A DNA stretch of 64,000 nt from Candidatus Binatia bacterium (lineage in GTDB: Bacteria > Desulfobacterota > Binatia > UBA9968): the NCBI GenBank assembly GCA_050735675.1, contig JBOHVN010000252.1:223-64222 (forward strand), written 5' to 3'. Below are positions 58,219 to 64,000 of the stretch, piece by piece; within the stretch, counting starts at the first letter, position 1, and each line of letters starts with the position of its first letter. The notes under the pieces were generated by a model, which was given only the letters and a program-made list of their open reading frames with translations, had not been told where the DNA came from and ran no database searches. A program made the translations under genes and the position numbers.

Positions 58219-59064
58219 ATGGCAAATCGAATGATCTTGCAGTTTGGGTTGGCCGCGACGCTGTGTCTAACCACGGCACTGGGCGTGGGCGCCGCCGAGA
58301 TGCCTGCGACCCCGGAGACGGGACCCGGCTGTTGCCGGCGTGACGCCGACATCGCCCGCTGGCACAAGCTTGCCGACCGACTTTATGCTCAGTTCAAACC
58401 GGCAGAAGCGATCAAAGAGCTGCAAAAAATTCTTGAGGTCGACGGACGCGATTTCGAGGCGCTGATAAAAATAGCGCGCGCCTACATCGATATCGGCGAC
58501 ACGATTGCGGAGAACGGCGACAATTGGAAAGAACGAAAGCTAAAAGAATACGTTATCGCCGAAGGCTATGCCCGCAACGCCATCAAGGTCGATCCGCGCT
58601 CCACCTGGGGCCATTTTTGGCTGGCTGCGGCGCTCGGCAATGCGGCGATGGTATCGCCCATTGCGCGGCAACTGGAGCTGGCCGGCGAGATTCGCGCCGA
58701 GATCGAGCGAGCGCTCGCGCTGGACCCCAAGAACGGGTTCGCTTATCACGCCTACGGCGTGTGGCATCGCAAGATCATCGAGGTCGGCGCCCTCAGCCGC
58801 GTGTTCGCTTCGGTGTTATACGGACAGTCGGTACCGACGGGAAGCTTGGAGAAATCAATCGAATATTTGAAGAGGGCGGTCGAGATCAATCCGACAGTCA
58901 TCGTTTCGCGTTTGGAGCTGGCGCGCAGCCATGTGGCCAAAGAAGAATGGGAGCCCGCGCGGGTCTTGCTTAAGACGATTCCCAGCTTACCCATTCGTTT
59001 CTCCGACGACGCCAAGCACAAAAAAAGCGCCGAGCAGCTCCTGGCCGAAATCAACGATCGCTAG
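58219..59064 (+). CDS. Secreted TPR-like helical-repeat protein
   Basis: The signal-like N-terminus reads LQFGLAATLCLTTALGVGAA. Helical repeats follow. Confidence 0.5.
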   Translation: MANRMILQFGLAATLCLTTALGVGAAEMPATPETGPGCCRRDADIARWHKLADRLYAQFKPAEAIKELQKILEVDGRDFEALIKIARAYIDIGDTIAENGDNWKERKLKEYVIAEGYARNAIKVDPRSTWGHFWLAAALGNAAMVSPIARQLELAGEIRAEIERALALDPKNGFAYHAYGVWHRKIIEVGALSRVFASVLYGQSVPTGSLEKSIEYLKRAVEINPTVIVSRLELARSHVAKEEWEPARVLLKTIPSLPIRFSDDAKHKKSAEQLLAEINDR

Positions 59065-59215
59065 TCAGGCAGGCGCTGCCGCCATTTTCACGCAAGAAGA
59101 ACGCCTGCGATCCCGGGATGGGCGTGCCCCCGCTACTATTCAATAACAGAGTGTTGCTATTCGCGTTCGCCTCGCATCATTCTAATATCCCGGGTAACGC
59201 AAGGGAGGAACATTT

Positions 59216-59629
59216 ATGACGATCGCCGGACTTCGCTTCGGACATGTGGCATTCAAAGTGGCCGACGCGGAGCGCAGCGTGCGGTGGTACGGCGACGCCT
59301 TCGGCGCGAAGAAGATCTACCACGCCGAGGCGCAGGGCGAGCGGCCGGAACTGATGTTTCTGGAATTCAGCAAGGGACAATGCATCGAGCTATTTACCGG
59401 CGGCAAGAACATGCCGAAGTCGCCCGCTGATCCGATCGGTTATATCCATTTCTGCGTCGTGGTGGATAATCTGGAGCAAGCGCTCGAACACCTCGCGAAA
59501 ATGAACGTGACGCCGGAGCGGAAGTTTATCGGTCGCGCCCAGCAACGCATCGCTTTCATTTCTGATCCCGATGGCAACAGCATTGAGCTGATGGAGATCC
59601 CGCCCGAGTCGCAGATTTACCGTGACTGA
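59216..59629 (+). CDS. VOC-family (glyoxalase/bleomycin-resistance/dioxygenase) protein
   Basis: The sequence contains GHVAFKV...HFCVVVDNLE...FISDPDGNSIELME. Confidence 0.85.
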   Translation: MTIAGLRFGHVAFKVADAERSVRWYGDAFGAKKIYHAEAQGERPELMFLEFSKGQCIELFTGGKNMPKSPADPIGYIHFCVVVDNLEQALEHLAKMNVTPERKFIGRAQQRIAFISDPDGNSIELMEIPPESQIYRD

Positions 59630-59636
59630 CAAATGT

Positions 59637-60404
59637 CTATGGATGTCGGCGGTTGGCGAGCAGACAACCCCAGCCTTCCACAGGCGGGATAATGCCCGGA
59701 CGTACGAGATCGTTCCACACTTCGGCGCTCATGTTCGTAAACGCGGTCTTGCCGAATTCTTCCTCGATGGCAGGAATGACGTGGAGACTCATGGCGGCGC
59801 CACCAGGCACTGAAACGCCATCGGCTTGCGGCGCGAGTCTGGCTGCCTCGCGCCCAACTTCGAGAGCTAAATTCAATCCTTCTTCGAGGGTCATGGCAAA
59901 CGCTTCACCGGCCCACTGGTTGCGCTTCGTTATACACAGGACTTTGATGCCGCCGGCTTCGAGATAGCGCGTGATCGCGTCGTTGACTTGATTCGCCCAA
60001 CGGCTGCCGATGGTCAAGGAGTTAAGCCCCAGGTGCTTCATGGCTGCAATCAGCGCTTCGAGCGGAGCGTCGGCGGGGATGCCGGTTTTTTGCTGGGTTC
60101 TCTTCAGCAAATCGAGCACGCGCTCGCGTCCCAACACCGCCGAAATCGGCGCGCCGCCAAAAATGATAACGTCGGCCTTTTCTTTGGCCAGCCGCTCAAC
60201 GCAGGTCCAATAATTGCCCACTGCCTTTTCAACGCCTTCCTCGGTGTAGTTTTCCAGTCCCAGGCCGGTGGCGATCTCCATGACGTCCAGCGGCAGGAGG
60301 CGATAGAGCTGGTAGTTGGGCCCGCGTTGCAAGTTTTCGTGGGCGCGCGGGTGGATGTTTCCATAGCGAAAGCGGGGCAATAGTTTCTCAACGTAATTAG
60401 CCAT
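59637..60404 (-). CDS. Asp/Glu-racemase superfamily protein (maleate isomerase / arylmalonate decarboxylase-like)
   Basis: 255 aa with a two-lobed pattern (VIIFGGAPISAV and VSVPGGAAMSLHVIPAIEEEFG). Confidence 0.55.
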   Translation of the reverse strand: MANYVEKLLPRFRYGNIHPRAHENLQRGPNYQLYRLLPLDVMEIATGLGLENYTEEGVEKAVGNYWTCVERLAKEKADVIIFGGAPISAVLGRERVLDLLKRTQQKTGIPADAPLEALIAAMKHLGLNSLTIGSRWANQVNDAITRYLEAGGIKVLCITKRNQWAGEAFAMTLEEGLNLALEVGREAARLAPQADGVSVPGGAAMSLHVIPAIEEEFGKTAFTNMSAEVWNDLVRPGIIPPVEGWGCLLANRRHP

Positions 60405-60510
60405 AGACTTGTCTCATTCCAGTTGCGGCGCCGGCGATAAGGATAATTCTTGGGCAACACTGATTCGCCAAGCCTATTCTCCAGGTTTTCTCTATTACGT
60501 CAGGCAACGC

Positions 60511-61374
60511 TCAGTAACCGTATTTCTTCTCGATCGCCTTAAGTTCTTCGTTGCCCATGCCAGCGTACCATTTGCGCGTGTCTTCGATGCCTGGCGTTTC
60601 CTTGAAGTAGCGCGCTTCGGTGCCGCTCCTTTTCAATTCCTCCAAACACTGGCGCATGCCGTGCAAGGCCGCGACTTGCAAGACCGTGGGAATGCAGCCG
60701 ACGCGCCCGCCGAGCTCACCGTAGCGCTCAAGGGTCATGATCTGGCGCGGCGGCACGCCGACCAGCGGTTTGCCGAGCTTGGCGTAAGCTTTGATGTCGT
60801 CCTCGGAGCGCGCGCTTAACCACGCTGCATCGGCGCCGGCTTCGATACAGGCCTGCGTGCGATCGAGGCGTTCCTGCAAGCAATCCTTTGCTTCCGAGCG
60901 CGCGATGATCACTAAATTTTCGTCACGCCGGGTATCGACGGCCGCTTTGATCTTGTTGACGAATTCCTCCCTTGATACCAAGCCGACATCGAAGCCTTCG
61001 TGGCCGGCGCGCTTGGGCGTCATCTGGTCTTCAATGTGGATCGCCGCAACGCCGGTCTTGTCGAATTCTCGCACCGCGCGCGTAACGTTTACCGCATTGC
61101 CGTAACCGGTCTCGGCGTCGCTGACAATCGGAATATTTACGGCGTCGGCGATCTCGCGAGCGCGGTTGATCATTTCCGTCAACGTCAGCAGTCCCGCATC
61201 GGCGAAGCCAAGCGCGCGATGCTGACCGCTGCCGGAAATATGCACGAGAGGAAAGCCGAGCCACTCGACCAGACGGGCTTGAATCCCATCGTTGCAACTC
61301 GGCGCGATATGACACACCGGCTCATTGAGCATCTTTCGCAGAGCTTTACGTTTTTCGGCTGCGGTCAGCTCCAT
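60511..61374 (-). CDS. Isocitrate lyase/PEP mutase-family enzyme
   Basis: The sequence contains VHISGSG, IVSDAETGYGN and AAIHIEDQ, all typical of the ICL/PEPM family. Confidence 0.8.
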   Translation of the reverse strand: MELTAAEKRKALRKMLNEPVCHIAPSCNDGIQARLVEWLGFPLVHISGSGQHRALGFADAGLLTLTEMINRAREIADAVNIPIVSDAETGYGNAVNVTRAVREFDKTGVAAIHIEDQMTPKRAGHEGFDVGLVSREEFVNKIKAAVDTRRDENLVIIARSEAKDCLQERLDRTQACIEAGADAAWLSARSEDDIKAYAKLGKPLVGVPPRQIMTLERYGELGGRVGCIPTVLQVAALHGMRQCLEELKRSGTEARYFKETPGIEDTRKWYAGMGNEELKAIEKKYGY

Positions 61375-61418
61375 ATTCTTTTCGTCCTTTCAGCTTAGTG
61401 ACGATTTTTCGTGCTTAG

Positions 61419-61438
61419 GGGCGACCGGCCGGTCGCCC
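61419..61438. repeat. Perfect 20-nt palindrome (REP-like) between two genes of the minus-strand cluster
   Basis: The palindrome is gggcgaccgg|ccggtcgccc. Confidence 0.7.
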
Positions 61439-61468
61439 ACCATTTGATCGCGCGTTACGACTGCGACT

Positions 61469-62152
61469 TTATGCTCTCTGTTTGCCGGCGCGGGCGAATT
61501 CATCTCTTCGGCCCACGGTCGTTTTGAGCAGCTCGGGCGGTATGACCTTCGCGCCGCCAAGCATTTCGGCGAAGATCGCCATTTGCGCGGCTTCTTCGAC
61601 GATCAAATTGGCCCGCGCCGCCGCGGCCGGATCGCTGCCGAAGGCGAGCACGCCATGATTTTCGAGCAATACGGCCTTGGTGTTTTTCGTGGACCTCAAT
61701 GCATCCGCGATATTCGCCACCGATTCGGCAGAGCCGCGCGGCCCGTACTTGGCGAGCGGGATGCCATCGGTCATGTCTTGGCGCACCAAAGCTTCATAGG
61801 AACAGCCGAGCGAGCGGCTCGCCAACGCAAAGCTGGTCGCGTAGGTGGAGTGGGTATGCACGACTGCGCCGGTCTCGGGCCGTTGCTTGTAAACGATCGC
61901 GTGCATGTGCACGATCTCGGCATTGGTCGGGTTGATTTCGCCTTCGAGCAGATGTCCGTCGAGATCGAGCAGGGCAAGGTTCTCCGGCTTCAAGTTGTCG
62001 AACGAGCTGGTCGCGGTCAGGAGAATCGTGTCGGTACCGGGCACTCGCACGCTGAAGTTGCCGTGGTGACTCATGGAAATCGCGCCGGTGCGGACGAGAA
62101 AGCTCGCGCTGTCGATCACGGCTTGACGGAGATCCGGATGCTTCATTGACAT
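61469..62152 (-). CDS. Class II aldolase/adducin-domain protein (B)
   Basis: The metal-binding His cluster reads VHMHAIV...VVHTHS. Confidence 0.85.
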   Translation of the reverse strand: MSMKHPDLRQAVIDSASFLVRTGAISMSHHGNFSVRVPGTDTILLTATSSFDNLKPENLALLDLDGHLLEGEINPTNAEIVHMHAIVYKQRPETGAVVHTHSTYATSFALASRSLGCSYEALVRQDMTDGIPLAKYGPRGSAESVANIADALRSTKNTKAVLLENHGVLAFGSDPAAAARANLIVEEAAQMAIFAEMLGGAKVIPPELLKTTVGRRDEFARAGKQRA

Positions 62153-62191
62153 GGTTCCTCCCCGGACGCGCGCAGGGACGCGCGATCGTGG

Positions 62192-62872
62192 TCATCGATG
62201 TTCGGCTTGGCTGCTAAAATATTCCCACGCTCGATTGGACACTTCTTCACCGGAGACCTGAGCGTAAATCACGTCCAACTCTTCGGCCGTAAAATAGCGC
62301 GGCTTGCCCGCGGACATGGCGCGCAGCTGATAGTTGGCCGCTTCCTCCATCCACAGCGTCATGACGCAGACGCGCCGCACGTCTTTATCGGCGACGTTGA
62401 CGCCGTGGCCGCGCAGCAACATGGCGCCATGTTGACCTAACGTTTTCGCTACGGCATCGCCGAGCTCGCGCGTGCGAATGAGCGTAATCGGGTCGAAGAC
62501 CTGGACATTGTTTTTAAAGATCGCTCCCGAGGCGTGCAGCGGACGAAGGGTCTCCCCGAGCGAGCCGAGCACGACGCAGCTCGGAGGATGGACATGGCAA
62601 ACCGATTGAACGTCAGGCCGGGCCTTATAAATGCGCGCGTGTATCCAAAATTCCGTATTCGGCCTGCCGTCGCCGGACAGCTGATTTCCTTCGACGTCGA
62701 GCACGAGCAGATTATCTAAACGCACGAGCGCCGGGCTCATGCGCGGCGGAAAGATAAAAGTATCGGTGCCGGGAATGCGCGCGCTCACGTGGCCGAACGC
62801 CGCGGCGACGCCTTGCCGGTGTAAAATATGACTGGCGGTGACGATATCTTGCTTGATGGGGTCGAGATCCAT
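62192..62872 (-). CDS. Class II aldolase/adducin-domain protein (A)
   Basis: The sequence FWIHARIY...VCHVHPP marks it as a paralogue of the downstream gene. Confidence 0.85.
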   Translation of the reverse strand: MDLDPIKQDIVTASHILHRQGVAAAFGHVSARIPGTDTFIFPPRMSPALVRLDNLLVLDVEGNQLSGDGRPNTEFWIHARIYKARPDVQSVCHVHPPSCVVLGSLGETLRPLHASGAIFKNNVQVFDPITLIRTRELGDAVAKTLGQHGAMLLRGHGVNVADKDVRRVCVMTLWMEEAANYQLRAMSAGKPRYFTAEELDVIYAQVSGEEVSNRAWEYFSSQAEHR

Positions 62873-63040
62873 AAGGTGTTTACTTCCGTTCGCGCAATCT
62901 CAAATCCCATACGACATGCGGCCATAAATGTCCACATAGCGCGCAGCAAATAGCAAAATTGGCGACGTGTTCTAGCAATCGATCACTGTGAAATTGTTCT
63001 CCTGATACCTTCGGAAACTCGTTCGCGGCTGTTAAATTAT

Positions 63041-64000
63041 CTATTTCACAATTGCGCGGGTTCGTAAGTCACTCAATTCGGCGGCGCTGAGACCGAGAAT
63101 ACCGCCGAGGACCTCGTCCGTATGCTGGCCGAGAGCGGGCGCGTCATCGCGTATGCTCGCCGGGGTTTTCGACATGTGAATCCACGGCGCGAGGAGCTTA
63201 GTCGGTCCGGCAGTCGGATGATTGCGCTCGATGAATGCGTTTCGTTCCTTGATGTGCGGATCTTCGAGCACTTCGCCCATGGACAACACCGGGGCGCCGA
63301 AATAGTCGATGTGCCGCAAGCCATCCCACAGCTCCTGGCGGGTTTTGCCGCGCATCCATGTTTTTATCAGCTCGTACAACTCCGCGCGATGTTGTTTACG
63401 CGCCGGTGCGCTCGCGAACCGCGCGTCGTCGAGCAGATCCTCGCGGGCCATGAACTTGGCGAGCTTTACCCAGCCGCTGTCGCTGAGGTCGGGAATGCGC
63501 AAGGTGAAATAGCCGTCCGCCGCCGCAACCGGCTTGTTGCCGATTTCGATGCCGACAAAGTGCTCGTGGAATTCGCTGATCATGAAACCGAGCAACGCTT
63601 CCTGCATCGACACGACAATTCTTTGGCCCTCGCCGGTGCGCTCGCGCGCGTGCAGGGCGGCGAGAATACCGCAAACCATGCTCACCCCGGCGGCTTCGTC
63701 GCCGATACCGATCGCTTTGGTTCCCGGAGCGCCGCTGTATTTCCATCCGGTGTGCGTCCAGCCGGTCATGCTGTTATTGGTGTGCGCGGTGCTGCCGTAA
63801 TCCTTGTAAGGCCCGGACTCTCCGAAACCGCGCGAGCACGCGTAAATCACCCGCGGGTTGATCGTCTTGAGCGCGTCGTAGCCTAAGCCGAATTTCTCCA
63901 TCGTGCCCGTGTGGTAGTTTTCCACCACCACGTCGGCATGGGCAATGAGTTCCCGCGCCAGCTCCACGCCCCGTGCGGTTTTGAGATTGAGCACGACGCT
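63041..64000 (-). CDS. Family III CoA-transferase (CaiB/BaiF-like), 5' end outside the window
   Basis: The sequence contains VVVENYHTGTMEKFGLGYD and GPYKDYGSTAHTNNSMTGW. The ORF is still open at the window edge. Confidence 0.85.
   Translation of the reverse strand, partial: SVVLNLKTARGVELARELIAHADVVVENYHTGTMEKFGLGYDALKTINPRVIYACSRGFGESGPYKDYGSTAHTNNSMTGWTHTGWKYSGAPGTKAIGIGDEAAGVSMVCGILAALHARERTGEGQRIVVSMQEALLGFMISEFHEHFVGIEIGNKPVAAADGYFTLRIPDLSDSGWVKLAKFMAREDLLDDARFASAPARKQHRAELYELIKTWMRGKTRQELWDGLRHIDYFGAPVLSMGEVLEDPHIKERNAFIERNHPTAGPTKLLAPWIHMSKTPASIRDDAPALGQHTDEVLGGILGLSAAELSDLRTRAIVK

Overview
This is a GC-rich chromosomal segment of about 64 kb. Its heavy load of REP-like palindromes suggests an uncultivated soil or sediment lineage, but taxonomy cannot be fixed from this window. 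I found no rRNA, tRNA, CRISPR array, transposase or integrase. About 60 protein genes are supported.

Housekeeping genes:
- NAD and translation-related: nadE with a separate CN-hydrolase gene, rsmI, era-der, ilvE.
- DNA-related: ligA, greA, dprA-topA-trmFO, a ppx/gppA-like gene, HU.

Other blocks:
- A sensor kinase and sigma54 activator pair lies divergent from a sigma54 promoter that drives a tiny secreted peptide.
- An Opp/Dpp-type peptide ABC transporter has its SBP and permease genes (16.5-20.4 kb) separated from its ATPase genes (29.0-31.1 kb). The intervening 8.6 kb block of hydrolase, SDR and NTase genes is bracketed by inverted FrsA-like paralogues.
- A tightly coupled seven-gene membrane cluster (31.9-42.9 kb) is built around MoxR, DUF58 and a 1469-aa triple-VWA fusion protein.
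- A low-GC accessory stretch (42.9-47.7 kb) follows.
- A minus-strand catabolic cluster closes the window: CoA-transferase, two class II aldolase-like genes, an ICL/PEP-mutase gene and an Asp/Glu-racemase-like gene.

The items most worth follow-up:
1. A glutaredoxin-fold ORF missed by the ORF track has an in-frame TGA exactly where the active-site Cys should be, with a SECIS-like hairpin downstream. It is a candidate selenoprotein.
2. The MoxR/DUF58/multi-VWA supercluster, whose function is unknown.
3. The sigma54-controlled mini-peptide.
4. REP-derived sequence that seems to be translated as the N-terminus of the DUF58 protein.

All protein family calls come from motif recognition by eye in the supplied translations. 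No database search was run.
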